Counted from the first letter of the whole stretch, positions 48,405-59,361 are shown. The stretch: DNA of 63,602 nt, filler included, from Candidatus Tectimicrobiota bacterium (GCA_016193065.1; 8 parts of 8 records of this genome joined end to end with filler, not necessarily neighbours in it); one strand, 5' to 3'. Numbers and translations: made by a program. Notes: a model not told the origin generated them from the sequence alone.

Positions 48405-49305
48405 GTCTGTCTCCTCTTGCAGTTCTATTCTAGTTCGCACCGCATGTATGGCTAACTCTCTCTCAAAGAAAACCGAGCGCCTTGAGAAAGATCCGGAGTC
48501 CTTCCTGTTTTCCAAGAGCAATATTCTCCATTCCGTCTCTGACTGATCACCTTGACCGGGGTCGGGCGCATTGTACGAGGAGGGCGGGGACGGCCGCCGG
48601 GAGGACGGTGATCGCCGCCTCGGCCATCTGCTGTACTGGCACTCTCCGACGCCCGAGGGAGGAGAATTCGCCGAGGGGTGGCCTGTCCACGGCCACGGGC
48701 GAAAGAGCTTCCAGGGTCATCGCGTCTGCCTCACGGACAACGATTTCCGCGCCGTAGGCGGTGTCGTGTGAGCGTTTGCGCCTGCTCGCGTTCGAGGATC
48801 CTCTTGGGCACATCAATTCCTTGGAGCGACAATCGAGCTTTCGCGCCGGGAGGCGCATGATGGCCCGAAGCTCTCTCCGCCGCAGATCTCGACGGTGAGG
48901 CTCCCAGCCCACTTGCCAAAAGAGAGCGAGCGTCCCGTCTCCAAGCGGAGGCCTATGTCTGATCTGCGAATTTCTGCGGCATCGTGAGCGTCTGGTAATG
49001 GTGGCCGAGCCAGAGGACCACGATGTCGAGTGCCTGCAGCGCCTAAAGGCTGCGTTCGCGTGGGCCGGATATAGTAGATGAGCGGCGGGCCACCCTGTCG
49101 ACTCTTCAGGCCCATCACCCGCTAGACCTCGACTCGATCTTCAAAGTTGGTGGTGTTGGGTCAACCCTCCTCCGCCTATGGTGAGGTTCGGCCACAGCCA
49201 GAAAGAGGGCTAATGCGGTAAGCCTCTGATAGAACACACGCGTCCCGGGCGATTCCATCACTTTCTCTGAATTCTACGCTCCAGGCTCTGGTGAAGGGTC
49301 CTGAC

Positions 49306-50205
49306 CTATAGGAGCCCCATATTGCTCAGGATGCCCTTGAGCTTCTGCTCATCCTCAGCATTGAGTGGCACGATAGGCTTCCGGGGAACACCGGCCCGTT
49401 GTCCCATGAGATTTAGTGCGCCCTTAATCACGGGCAACCAGTGGGGATGCCGATCCACTTTGTTGTGGGCGATAAAGTGGACGAATGGAAGCATTTTCCG
49501 TGAGATCGCTCGGGCCTTGTCGACATTCTTCTCGACCGCGGCCGCCTCGTACAGGTCCCTACACAGACGGGGGTATACATTAGGAGCGCCAGAGAGCCAC
49601 CCGTCAGCCCCGGCGAGAAAGGCCTCCATCGGGTTATAGTCATGTCCATAGAGGACGGAGATTCTGTCTCCACATAGGTATTTGAGGTCATGGATGCGAT
49701 CGGCGTCTCCGTGGGCAGCCTTCACGCTTGTGACTACCCCTTCGTCCACCAGCTTGGCAATGTCCCACGAGCTTAGCTCAAAGCCGGCAAACCAGGGGTT
49801 ATTGTAGAGAATGATGGGGATGCTGACGTTTCGTGCCAGTTCCCGGTAGTGATCCATCACCTGAGTCTTGGTGGGTTGCATGTAATACGGGAGGATCACC
49901 ATGACTCCAGCAGCCCCGACCTTCTCCGCGTGTTGGCTGAGCTCGATGGTGTATTTGGTGCTGTAATGACCAGTCCCAGGATAAATCGGCACTCGCCCCT
50001 TGGCCTCGTCCAAAACAATTTCCACGACCCGCTTCCGCTCTTCCAATGTCATGGCGATGAACTCGCCGCAACTCCCACCCGCGGAGATTCCGTGTACTCC
50101 GTTCTCGACGAAAAAGTCCACAAGGTTCCGAAGTCCCTTCTCGTCAATGGCTTCATTTTCGTCAAACGGGGTGACCATGGCGGGGATTATGCCCTTAATT
50201 GCCAT
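49306..50205 (-). CDS. DHDPS/NAL-family aldolase or dehydratase (not canonical DapA)
   Basis: PAMVTPF, GGSCGE (vs GTTGE), LYNNP and Schiff-base Lys in SVKAA. Confidence 0.9.
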   Translation of the reverse strand: MAIKGIIPAMVTPFDENEAIDEKGLRNLVDFFVENGVHGISAGGSCGEFIAMTLEERKRVVEIVLDEAKGRVPIYPGTGHYSTKYTIELSQHAEKVGAAGVMVILPYYMQPTKTQVMDHYRELARNVSIPIILYNNPWFAGFELSSWDIAKLVDEGVVTSVKAAHGDADRIHDLKYLCGDRISVLYGHDYNPMEAFLAGADGWLSGAPNVYPRLCRDLYEAAAVEKNVDKARAISRKMLPFVHFIAHNKVDRHPHWLPVIKGALNLMGQRAGVPRKPIVPLNAEDEQKLKGILSNMGLL

Positions 50206-50704
50206 CACAACGCCTCCTTTGTATCTGCCGCCGAGTCGAGGGCGGCATTACGGCGTCGAGCGAAGCGACGCCAATTCAGGAATTGGCCAGCGCCATCACT
50301 GGGTGGCCCGGGACGAAGCTTCTGTATTCCCTATACACTTGTGGTCCATTATTTTGGCGGCAATCCACGCGTTAACGATCTTGAAAAGCGAGAGACGGGA
50401 CTCCTGAATCGAGGAACGCTTCACGACTCTAATCGACTTGCAGAGCATCGTGAATGCCGGAGACGCGTCTCTCGTACGCGGTTGGCCGACCTTCTTGTGC
50501 CCCCGTAACTACTTCCGCGTCGGTATCCTTTTCATGTTCTGGAGAGGCTCAGGGTGCCCTCTACGTTAGCTCCCGAAACGCATGGCCTCTTTTGAAGCTC
50601 TTGCCGTGCCCTCGATGGGCCGCCCCGAACGGTAACTGAAGACGATAGATAATGACATCATCGCTCAGCGCGCGCGACGGAGCGTGAGCTCAGATCTTCT
50701 CGGG

Positions 50705-51478
50705 TCAGCGACCGTTCGTTGCCCCATAGCCAAGTGTGTCCCAGACTCGCTGTTGGAGCTGCTGGAAGCCCTGAACGAACCTCGTTGCATGATAATCGCG
50801 AGGCCGCGGCAGAGGTATCTCAAAAGAGGCGGCGATTTCTCCAGGTCTCTGTGACATCACAAGCACTCGATCGGCCAAAGCCACAGCCTCCTCGATGTCG
50901 TGGGTCACGAGAACCACCGTTTGCTTGGACTCCTCCAGGATTCTCAGGAAGAAGTTCCCGACGTGGATCCGGGTTTGAGCATCGAGGGCGCTAAATGGCT
51001 CGTCCATCAGAAATACCGACGGTTGCTGGGCAAGCGCCCGAGCGAGGGATACGCGCTTCCGCATACCACCCGATAGTTGGGAAGGATACTTGTCGCAGGA
51101 GTCGCCTAGACGCAACTCCTCCATCAGATGATGCGCCCTAGCGGAGGCATTGTGTTTGTCCCCGCCAGCGAGGCGAACTGCCAGCTCCACGTTCTGTACA
51201 GCTGTGCGCCATGGCAACAAAGCATCCGACTGGAAGACGAATCCAACCCGCAATTTGCCGGCTTGTTCGCCGTGTACCGCAACAGTGCCCCTCGACGGCG
51301 CAAGCAAACGAGCGATCACCTTCAAGAGGGTTGACTTGCCGCATCCACTCGGTCCCACTATGGCTACAAACTCGCCGTGTCGGACGTTGAAGCTCACGCT
51401 CTCTAGGGCCGTGGTCCTATCGATACCCGCGAACTGAACCGACAGGTCTGAAACAACGATAGCGTCGTCGTTGTGCAT
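50705..51478 (-). CDS. NitT/TauT-family ABC transporter ATP-binding protein
   Basis: GPSGCGKST, LSGGMRKR and MDEPFSALD. Confidence 0.93.
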   Translation of the reverse strand: MHNDDAIVVSDLSVQFAGIDRTTALESVSFNVRHGEFVAIVGPSGCGKSTLLKVIARLLAPSRGTVAVHGEQAGKLRVGFVFQSDALLPWRTAVQNVELAVRLAGGDKHNASARAHHLMEELRLGDSCDKYPSQLSGGMRKRVSLARALAQQPSVFLMDEPFSALDAQTRIHVGNFFLRILEESKQTVVLVTHDIEEAVALADRVLVMSQRPGEIAASFEIPLPRPRDYHATRFVQGFQQLQQRVWDTLGYGATNGR

Positions 51479-51700
51479 TGACCTACCACCCTCAAGTGGT
51501 GCCTTCGACGGCCTCGGTTCAGTGCCTAGGACCCGGACCAGAGAAAAGGCCCAAGTTGGTTCGCATGGCACCAGACACTCCACCTGCCTCGCGAGCAGTT
51601 CCCCACGCCCTTCACAGCGGACCCTGCGTCATTGTCTTGCGGAAGCCAAATCGCCCTTTGTGATCAAACTGCATGAGGCCTTCCTCGTACGCAACCTCTC

Positions 51701-52597
51701 CTACATGGACACAGTGCGAATGCCCGTGGTGCCTGTCCGCCACCGAAAGAGTCGCCGCTCGACCAAATTTACGGCGGTGTACATGACGACTGCCATGAGC
51801 GCCATGACCAAAAGGGCGGTCATTGCCCCTGTCATATCGAACATCAGTAACGAGGTGGTGACTAACCAGCCGAGCCCGAATTCAGCGCCGATCATCTCGC
51901 CAATTACCGCTCCAATCAGGGCCATGCCGATGCTGATCTTTACGGCCGATACGATCCAGGGCAGCAGAGACGGGATCGTTACGTAGCGGATCATCTCAAG
52001 CCGATCAGCACCCATAGCACGAACCGAATCGATCAGGTCTTGATCGATCGCCTCCATTCCTTGACGCACATTGAGCATCGCAACGAAGAACACGATGGTG
52101 ATGACTAATGCAATTTTTGACGCAAGACCGAGGCCGAACCAAATGATGAAGAATGGTGCCAGTGCCACGCGCGGGAGGCTGTTCAGGCCCATGAGGTACG
52201 GATCGAGCACGCGAGCGATCAGTCGAACGCGCGCCAGCAAGACCCCCACCATCGCACCCAAGAAGACGCCCACGACGAGGCCAGCCAATGCCTCCTGCAT
52301 TGTCCTCGTTGCATCCCTAGCCAGGGAGCCATCGGCGAGGGTCACCATGAGCCTTCGGAGCACCAACGACGGACTGCTGATCCATACGGGACGGATGAGA
52401 TAGGCGGCAGTAAGCTCCCAGCCGACTACGACCAGCACAAGCAAGGCGAGGCTAAGTAGCCGCTCCAAACCGAGGAGGCGGAACCGCCAGCCCGTATGGT
52501 CGGATGGCATATTCCAGACCGATGAGCCTGGTGACTTTGCAATCTCAACGTTAGCGATCTTCTGCTGCTTCACGCCTTGTGCCTCCCAAGATGGCAT
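51701..52597 (-). CDS. NitT/TauT-family ABC transporter permease
   Basis: LPRVALAP..WFGLG, EAA-like loop and GAVIGE. Confidence 0.92.
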   Translation of the reverse strand: MPSWEAQGVKQQKIANVEIAKSPGSSVWNMPSDHTGWRFRLLGLERLLSLALLVLVVVGWELTAAYLIRPVWISSPSLVLRRLMVTLADGSLARDATRTMQEALAGLVVGVFLGAMVGVLLARVRLIARVLDPYLMGLNSLPRVALAPFFIIWFGLGLASKIALVITIVFFVAMLNVRQGMEAIDQDLIDSVRAMGADRLEMIRYVTIPSLLPWIVSAVKISIGMALIGAVIGEMIGAEFGLGWLVTTSLLMFDMTGAMTALLVMALMAVVMYTAVNLVERRLFRWRTGTTGIRTVSM

Positions 52598-52699
52598 CTA
52601 CTGGAGATTTGCCACCTACAAACCATCCGCAGGGTACCGGGTGGCAAATAAGGGCCACTGTCTGTTGTGTGTTCAATGGCGGCCACAACCCGAACGGAA

Positions 52700-53482
52700 C
52701 TATTTCGGTGCGTGTTCCGTCAATTTGTCGTAGCTAGGGAAACTGTCCTCACGAGACGCGCCGCACTTGATGAGGATCTGCTTGCCAAGCTCCCATTCCT
52801 TCTGAGTCATGACACCATCGAGAGACCAGTAGTTGTCAATGTAGTCCTTGAGCTGAGCTTGGATGTCTTCTGCTGAGAACCTCGTTCCCCAGACGTACGT
52901 GGCAATTTCGGTGGCGTAGCCAGGATCGGTGGCAATCCGATGGAGGGCCTCCTTATAAGCTCTCATGAAGTTCGCGTAGGCGCTCGGGTTGGCCTGAATG
53001 GCCTTGCTCCTGGCGATAAACACATTGGCGACGAATTTCTCATTTTTCATGTCAAGAGCGACTTGAACCTCGCCCCTTTTCAATAAACCCCCCAGAATGG
53101 GGCTTGACTGTAGAACCGCATCAGCGTGCCCCAATTGGAGGGCTGCCAATTGGCTCGGTCCGTCCCCGAGAGCAAGGAGTTGCACGTCTTTTTTGGGGTC
53201 CAGTCCAATCTTTTGTAGCTCGTATCGTATCTGGCAATCACTGAGTGACCCAAATGCAGTGATACCGATCCTCTTGCCTTTGAGATCATAAAGGTTACGA
53301 ATTGGTGAACCAGCCTTGGCGACTAAGGTCCATACACTTGCATGGATTGTCTGACCGATAATGGTCACATCCACGGTCTGTGTCTCAGCAAGCCGGATAA
53401 CCCCTTGAAATCCAATCACTACTATGTCGCCTGTCCCGCCCGCGAACATCTGGGCCGCCAAACCGCCGCCAGTGATATCCGC
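52700..53482 (-). CDS. NitT/TauT (NMT1/SsuA-like) substrate-binding protein (5' truncated)
   Basis: DLKGKRIGITAFGS..GLDPKKDV; upstream of permease and ATPase. Confidence 0.85.
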   Translation of the reverse strand, partial: ADITGGGLAAQMFAGGTGDIVVIGFQGVIRLAETQTVDVTIIGQTIHASVWTLVAKAGSPIRNLYDLKGKRIGITAFGSLSDCQIRYELQKIGLDPKKDVQLLALGDGPSQLAALQLGHADAVLQSSPILGGLLKRGEVQVALDMKNEKFVANVFIARSKAIQANPSAYANFMRAYKEALHRIATDPGYATEIATYVWGTRFSAEDIQAQLKDYIDNYWSLDGVMTQKEWELGKQILIKCGASREDSFPSYDKLTEHAPK

Positions 53483-53582
53483 NNNNNNNNNNNNNNNNNN
53501 NNNNNNNNNNNNNNNNNNNNNNNNNNTTAATTAATTAANNNNNNNNNNNNNNNNNNNNNNNNNNNNNNNNNNNNNNNNNNNN
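53483..53582. other. Artificial contig linker
   Basis: N/TTAATTAATTAA/N. Confidence 0.99.
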
Positions 53583-55231
53583 GCCTGCACAGCAAGGACG
53601 GAGAGAAACTGGAAATTGCCAGCGAGGTGGAGGCCCGGGCCATCGTCGAGGATCTGCGTCGCTACCCGGCCCTCGTGCGCGAAATCCAGCAGCGCGAGCG
53701 GCGCCGCAACCCTGTCCCCCCGTTCACCACGAGCACACTCCAGCAGGAAGCGGCCCGGCAACTGCGCTTCTCGGCCAAAAGAACCATGGCCGTCGCCCAG
53801 CGCCTCTATGAGGGGGTAGACGTCGGGCAAGAAGGCCCCGTGGGCCTCATTACCTACATGCGAACGGACTCCGTGCGCTTGGCCGCGGAGGCGCAGGCCG
53901 AGGCCCGCGACTACGTGGCGCAGAGGATCGGCGCGGAATTTCTGCCCGAGGCTCCCCCTCAGTACCGCAGCAAGAAAGGCGCCCAGGAAGCCCACGAGGC
54001 CATTCGACCCACCTCCGTGTGGCGTCACCCCGAGGACCTGTCCCCCTTTCTGGAAAAAGACGACCTGGCCCTGTACCGCCTCATCTGGAATCGCTACGTG
54101 GCAAGCCAGATGGCTCCGGCGGTGCTCGACATGACCACCGTGATCATAGAGGCCGGGCCCTACGAGCTGCGCGCCACGGGATCCGTCGTCAAGTTTGCAG
54201 GCTTCATGCAACTCTACATCGAGGGGAGGGACGAAGAAGCCCAGCCTCCCGGCGCCAACGGGGAGGAAGAGGGTGAGGGGATCCTTTTTCCCCCCTTGCG
54301 CCAGGGGGAAAACCTCGGTCTCCTGGAGGTCACTCCTTCTCAGCACTTCACCCAGCCCCCGCCGCGCTACACGGAAGCCTCGCTGGTCAAAGAACTCGAG
54401 CAGAAAGCCATCGGCAGGCCCAGCACCTATGCGCTCATCATGAGCACGATCCGGGACCGCCGTTACGTCATCGAGGAGAACCGCAAGTTCGTGCCCACCC
54501 AGCTCGGATTTCTGGTCAATGATCTTCTAGTTGAATATTTCCCCGATATTTTCGACGTGGAGTTTACGGCCCAAATGGAAGAACACCTGGACGAGATCGA
54601 GGAGGGGGGGAAAGACTGGCGGGAGACCCTCTCTGAATTTTACGCTCCATTTCGGGTCGACCTGGACAAAGCCGAGAGCAGGCTCGCCCACCTCAAGCGC
54701 GAAGGGGAGCAGACTTCAGAGACCTGCAATCGCTGCGGCAAACCCATGGTGATCCGCATGGGACGGTACGGGAAGTTCCTGGCCTGCTCCGGGTATCCAG
54801 AATGCCGCAACACCCGTCCGCTCGACGGCAAAAAGGAGGAACCCGAGGAAGTCGTGCAGAGCGATGAGATTTGCGACCAGTGCGGCTCTCCCATGGTCGT
54901 AAAGAACGGGAGGTTCGGGAAGTTCCTGGCCTGCTCCCGCTACCCCGAGTGCAAAGCCACCAAACCTCTGTCTACGGGGGTGCCCTGCCCCCAGCCCGGC
55001 TGCAGCGGCACCATCGTGGAGCGCCGCTCCAAGAGGGGGAGGATCTTCTATAGCTGCAGCACGTACCCCAACTGCGAGTACGCCCTCTGGGACCGCCCGA
55101 TCCCCGAGGAATGCCCCCATTGTCACAACCCCTTCCTGGTCGAGAAGGTCCTGCGCAGCGGTGAGGTCACCACCCGCTGCCCCCGCAAAGGCTGCGGCTA
55201 CCGCCGGGAGATGGTCGAGCAGCCTGTGTAA
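53583..55231 (+). CDS. topA: DNA topoisomerase I (5' truncated)
   Basis: PFTTSTLQQEA, LITYMRTDS, QEAHEAIRPT, GRPSTYA and C-terminal Zn ribbons. Confidence 0.97.
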
Positions 55232-55270
55232 GTTCCTCCCACCGATCCCTTCCCCTGACCAAAACCTTTT

Positions 55271-55309
55271 CCCCTCTCCCCCGAATGGGGAGAGGGCTAG
55301 GGCAAGGGG
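55271..55309. repeat. REP-like CCCTCTCCC/GGGAGAGGG hairpin
   Basis: CCCTCTCCCC-CGAAT-GGGGAGAGGG-CTAGGGCAAGGGG. Confidence 0.7.
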
Positions 55310-55351
55310 TTTCTCGCCTGCAACAGAGAGATCACGCGGAAACGAGGACAA

Positions 55352-55380
55352 TTGACATCATGATTTCATGGTGACATATT
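55352..55380 (+). promoter_or_regulatory. TA operon promoter/operator
   Basis: TTGACA-17-CATATT with inverted repeat CATCATG-N4-CATGGTG. Confidence 0.6.
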
Positions 55381-55406
55381 GTCATTGTTCCACAGGGGAA
55401 TTTCTT

Positions 55407-55670
55407 ATGAAGCGGACCCAAATTCAGCTTGACGAGCGGACCTACGAAGCCTTGCGACGGCAGGCATCTAAGAAAGGGTGCTCAATTTCCTCTCTGGCCT
55501 GTGATCTCCTCGCCCAGTCGATGGGAACCGGTAAAGCCAAGCGGCGACTCACCATCAAGGACTTTACCTTTATCGGGGCCGGGCGCTCCCGTCAGGACCG
55601 ATTCTCACCGGTCTCCGAACGCCACGACGAAGCGCTGGAGGAAGCCTTGACGAAAGAGCATCACCGATGA
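55407..55670 (+). CDS. RHH/CopG antitoxin (VapB-like)
   Basis: MKRTQIQLDE..L...A..G.SIS and VSERHDE; ATGA-coupled to the PIN gene. Confidence 0.85.
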   Translation: MKRTQIQLDERTYEALRRQASKKGCSISSLACDLLAQSMGTGKAKRRLTIKDFTFIGAGRSRQDRFSPVSERHDEALEEALTKEHHR

Positions 55671-56068
55671 TCTTTCTGGACACCTCGGCCATCTATGCCA
55701 TGGCCGACCGGGCGGACCCCCGGCAGGAACATGCCAAAGAACGGTTCCAGGCACTCCTCGACAGTAGTGAGGGAATTCTCACCCATAACTACGTGATAGT
55801 TGGGGCCATGGCTCTGATCCAGAGTCGGCTGGGTTTGGCGGCGGCGCTCAAACTGGCTCACGACTGTCGTGTCTTCGATATCGAGTGGGTGGACGAGGCG
55901 ACTCACGAGGAGGCTGTTCGTCGCCTAGCCCGTCTGGGAAAACGGCGTGTGAGTCTCGTGGATCAGGTAAGCTTCCTGGCCATGCGGCGGCGAGGCATTC
56001 AGACCGTGCTGGCCTTTGACCCGGATTTCGAGAAAGAAGGTTTCCAGTTATTCCGCGGGCGTGGATGA
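55667..56068 (+). CDS. VapC PIN-domain toxin
   Basis: MIFLDTSA, SLVDQVSF and AFDPDF; the usual second acidic residue appears replaced (NYVIVGA). Confidence 0.88.
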   Translation: MIFLDTSAIYAMADRADPRQEHAKERFQALLDSSEGILTHNYVIVGAMALIQSRLGLAAALKLAHDCRVFDIEWVDEATHEEAVRRLARLGKRRVSLVDQVSFLAMRRRGIQTVLAFDPDFEKEGFQLFRGRG

Positions 56069-56196
56069 ATTTGCTCCTCACCCAGGGAACTCGCCCGGGC
56101 AGCCGAGAGATTCTCGAATGAATCGATTATAGGATCTTGCCAAATCTGGGAAAGAAGGCTTGCTGAAAAGGAAGGTGAGCTACGAAAGCAATTCAG

Positions 56197-56385
56197 GTGG
56201 AGCTTCCCGATAAGCTGGCCGCGGAGATCGAGACCTTCGTGAAGACGGGCTGGTTCAGCTCCGAGGCGGAGGTCGTCCGGGCGGCCCTTCTGGAGTTCGT
56301 TCGGCGCAATGGGGTGGACATGCTGGAAGGTCTCATGCGCGATGACATCCGCTGGGCGCTCTCCCAGAAGGGACAGGCCGCGTGA
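56197..56385 (+). CDS. RHH antitoxin-like protein (original start may be the in-frame ACG at 56182)
   Basis: IQVELPDKL..I..FVKTGWFSSEAEVVRAAL. Confidence 0.7.
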   Translation: MELPDKLAAEIETFVKTGWFSSEAEVVRAALLEFVRRNGVDMLEGLMRDDIRWALSQKGQAA

Positions 56386-56738
56386 GGATCGTGGTCTGCG
56401 GCACCGGACCGATCTTCCATCTCCGCGAGGCAGGTCCTTGGAATTCCTGGCGAGGGCTAGTGAAGCCAGAGTCCCCCGGTGTTAGACATCTTGGAATTAT
56501 CCGGCTGGATGCCGAGATGCAGGAGCTAGCCAGGTATTACCTCGATCGAGGGATCTTTTCGGCGGTTGCCCTGAACGATGCTTTGCATGCCGCCTGTGCC
56601 GTGGTTACGCGCCGGGATCTCCTGGTAAGCTGGAACTTTCGGCACTTGGTAAACCGTAGGCGCCGTGTTATGATTAATAACGCAAATGTATCACGGGGAT
56701 ATCCGACAATCGAGATCGTGGCACCCCCAGAAGTATGA
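56382..56738 (+). pseudogene. Chimeric, degenerate PIN-domain gene
   Basis: N-terminal IVVCGTGPIFHL (PIN start lacking Asp) joined to the C-half of another PIN type (DALHAACA..LVSWNFRHLVN..IEIVAP). Confidence 0.65.
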
Positions 56739-56752
56739 GGAGGGAATCCGGG

Positions 56753-56950
56753 ATGTTCGATTATCGATCGGTGGCGAAGCGGGCCGGTATCTCGGAACAG
56801 GACCTTGACCGTCTTTGTCGGGTCATCCGGAAGGATTTCCCCGACGACGAAATGATGTTCGAGCTCCATGCCCTCAGAGCGGCTCTTGCAATCGAGAGCG
56901 GCCAGATCACCCTGGAACAGGCGCTGAAGTCGGACGCTGACGCTGCATAG
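56753..56950 (+). CDS. Small hypothetical protein, possible antitoxin
   Basis: SD GAGGAGG; MFDY...FPDDEMMFELH; follows the PIN C-terminus. Confidence 0.55.
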   Translation: MFDYRSVAKRAGISEQDLDRLCRVIRKDFPDDEMMFELHALRAALAIESGQITLEQALKSDADAA

Positions 56951-57148
56951 AGCAGGGTCTTCACAAATGCCCGTGACTTCCTTCTCGCCCATAATCACCC
57001 CAGCGGCGACCCAACCCCCTCGGCCCAGGACCGCGAACTGACCCAGGCGGTGAAGTCCGCCGCAGCGGCTGTGGGTATCCGATTCTTGGACCACCTGATC
57101 ATCGGCGACGGCACTCCCTTCAGCTTCAAAACCTCCGGCCTTCTTTAG
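56951..57148 (+). pseudogene. RadC/JAB domain C-terminal fragment without start
   Basis: FLLAHNHPSGDPTPSAQD...FLDHLIIGD..FSFK..GLL*; absent from the ORF track. Confidence 0.88.
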
Positions 57149-57299
57149 GCATCCCGAGCGCCAAACAGCGATAAGCTCGAGTCGAGTTAGACCCGCAAAA
57201 GACCTCGCTTGCGGAATGCACTTAGGATACATTTGAGATGGGCTCTGTTGGCTCAACCGAGATTCAGGAGACGACTCTATGGGGAAACAAATTTCCCTC

Positions 57300-57406
57300 C
57301 GGCTCCCGGAGCCATTGCTCAGGCGGGGAGTCTGTCCGGAGGACCGCAGGACCTTGGAGAGCGGCATCGGGAATATCTCCGAGATTTGATCTGTGACCGT
57401 CGCTAG
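57300..57406 (+). pseudogene. Possible antitoxin C-terminal remnant
   Basis: AGSLSGGPQDLGERHREYL resembles VapB-type tails. Confidence 0.35.
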
Positions 57407-57496
57407 AGTCCTCCTGCAGTTTGGCCTCCTCGTCTCCTCATTCTTTATGTAAACCGACACTATTTCCCAGCTCACAAAGACCGCACTCAGCGACTC

Positions 57497-57543
57497 CCCC
57501 TCACCTTCGTCCTCTCCCCCTTCCATGGGGAGAGGGTAAGGGG
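57497..57543. repeat. REP-like CCCTCTCCC/GGGAGAGGG hairpin
   Basis: CCCCTCACCTTCGTCCTCTCCCC-CTTCCAT-GGGGAGAGGGTAAGGGG. Confidence 0.7.
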
Positions 57544-57659
57544 AACTGCCACCGGGCACAGAGTGGATATTCCAAACGGAGTTGCAACAAGTAGAAGGGA
57601 GTCCCCTTGCGCGGGAGGGGAGATCCTTGTAAGGTATAGATTTGGAGGCAAGGGAGAAA

Positions 57660-57989
57660 GTGGCTGTAAACGAGCTGATTGTTCTGGGAGGGGGGCTTGC
57701 CGGAAGCGAGGCGGCCTGGCAGGCGGCCAATCGAGGAGTTCCCGTGCGCCTCTATGAAATGCGGCCCGGGAAGATGACTCCAGCTCACAAAGGTCCCGAA
57801 CTGGGGGAACTTGTCTGCAGTAATTCCCTGCGCTCCGACAATCTGGAAAACGCCGCGGGACTACTCAAGGAAGAAATGCGGCAGGCGGGCTCAATCATCC
57901 TCGCCATGGCCGATCGCCACCGGGTCCCGGCCGGTTCTGCACTGGCGGTGGATCGGGAGGAGTTTTCCCGGGAGATCACCCGGGCACTG
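57660..57989 (+). CDS. trmFO: Folate/FAD-dependent tRNA m5U54 methyltransferase, N-terminus (truncated)
   Basis: [39 protein letters not shown] and VPAG.ALAVDR; downstream of topA. Confidence 0.95.
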
Positions 57990-58089
57990 NNNNNNNNNNN
58001 NNNNNNNNNNNNNNNNNNNNNNNNNNNNNNNNNTTAATTAATTAANNNNNNNNNNNNNNNNNNNNNNNNNNNNNNNNNNNNNNNNNNNN
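57990..58089. other. Artificial contig linker
   Basis: N/TTAATTAATTAA/N. Confidence 0.99.
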
Positions 58090-59361
58090 GAAGCCATTGT
58101 TCTTGGAAAGACCGACCGTCAGGTCCACGTTGGTGGAGATGCCGTCAGCGGGGATGACTTTTTGCAGGAACCCGTCGCCGCTGCCCGCCTTGACGGCCAA
58201 CAGCCCGCCCTCGAGGGCCGTTTCCAGGTACAGGTCCGCGTTGCCGGCCGAATCGAGCGACAGCCCGCCGCGCAGGGAGAGGGCCTTGTATTCGAACCGG
58301 CTGCCGTCGTCCGCGCCGATCAGAAGAATGGGGTCGCCTTCCGTGTCCTCGTTGCGAATCTCAAGAGATAATTCCCCACTGACGGAAGCGACACTCCCGG
58401 AGCCGCTCGATCCCTGCACCGTTTCGACGGGTGAACCGGGCCTCAGTGTAATGGCCACGCCGTCCGCAAAACTGAAGCTCCCCTCGACGGTCAGGTAGAG
58501 ATTGTCGGCCAGCTCCAGACTTTCCCCCGCTTCTCCCGTGAGGTAAGGAAGAATCGCCAGCCCCGGAAGTCCGCCGCCGGCCGCAGGCACGGTGGCAAGG
58601 TGCACTCCCGCTTTGATCTCCACGTCGTCGTCATCAGTGGTATTCAGGATCGGCAGGTGAATGGCAAATTTCGGCTCGTCAGAGTCCGCGGCTTCACCCA
58701 GCAACTCTCTCAGGCTTTCGTCCAGCTCCTCCAGGTAAGCCGGAAGTCTCAGGGATAACGCCAGATCGAGCAGGATCTGCAGCAGGAACTCGTCCTGAAA
58801 TTCTTCCGATCCCCAATCAAAAACGAGCTGGAAGACCCGGCCGGGATCCTGCAAGGCGTCGGCGAACTTCTTCCACACCAGTTCTCTTTTCTTGTGGGCG
58901 CTTGCCTCCTCGGTCTCCCCCTCGTAGGAAATCTCAACGACGCCGAAAATCTCCAGTAGATAGTTTACTCTCGAGTGGTGCGTTCTCAGATATTCCACGA
59001 GGAGATAGTTCACCAGCCGCTCGGAGATTCGGGCCGGAAACCCGAGGGCTTCCAGGGTGGGATCGAAAGGCTCGTTCTTGAGGTCCCCTATGGCATCGAT
59101 CAGCTCGATGACGGCCGTTACCAGGTCCTCGTACAGGCCGGCATCCTCTCCGTCCCCGGAGATCGCCGCCAGGGATTCCTCCAGTTGCGTGATCCGGGCA
59201 GACAGATCCGCGATGGGCGCGGGGATCTCCTCGATCCGCCACCCCATCTCCAGCATGAGAGCCCGGAAGGCGTTCGTGGACGAGGTTGCCTTCTTCAGCG
59301 GCAGCAAGGACTCGCCCAGGATCTTCGCAATCTCGTGTACCGTGCTCATCTCAGGGCTCAT
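58090..59361 (-). CDS. N-terminal part of a large hypothetical protein (resembles DUF6603-containing proteins), truncated
   Basis: Helical N-terminus, then Gly-rich beta-strand region ending GDGFLQKVIP..VGLSKNNGF; ATGA-coupled to the upstream peptidase; family from recall. Confidence 0.55.

Noticed and set aside
49306-50205. Calling this gene dapA
   Set aside because: GGSCGE instead of GTTGE and a catabolic/transport context
52607-52649. ATTTGCCACC...GGTGGCAAAT hairpin containing GGGTACC as a member of the micro-element family
   Set aside because: Architecture differs from the CGGGTACCC..GGGTG pattern; more simply an intercistronic stem after the binding-protein gene
7688-58089. Seven identical N-TTAATTAATTAA-N blocks as a biological repeat, and gene adjacency across them
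   Set aside because: Artificial six-frame-stop linkers; neighbours across them need not be linked in the genome
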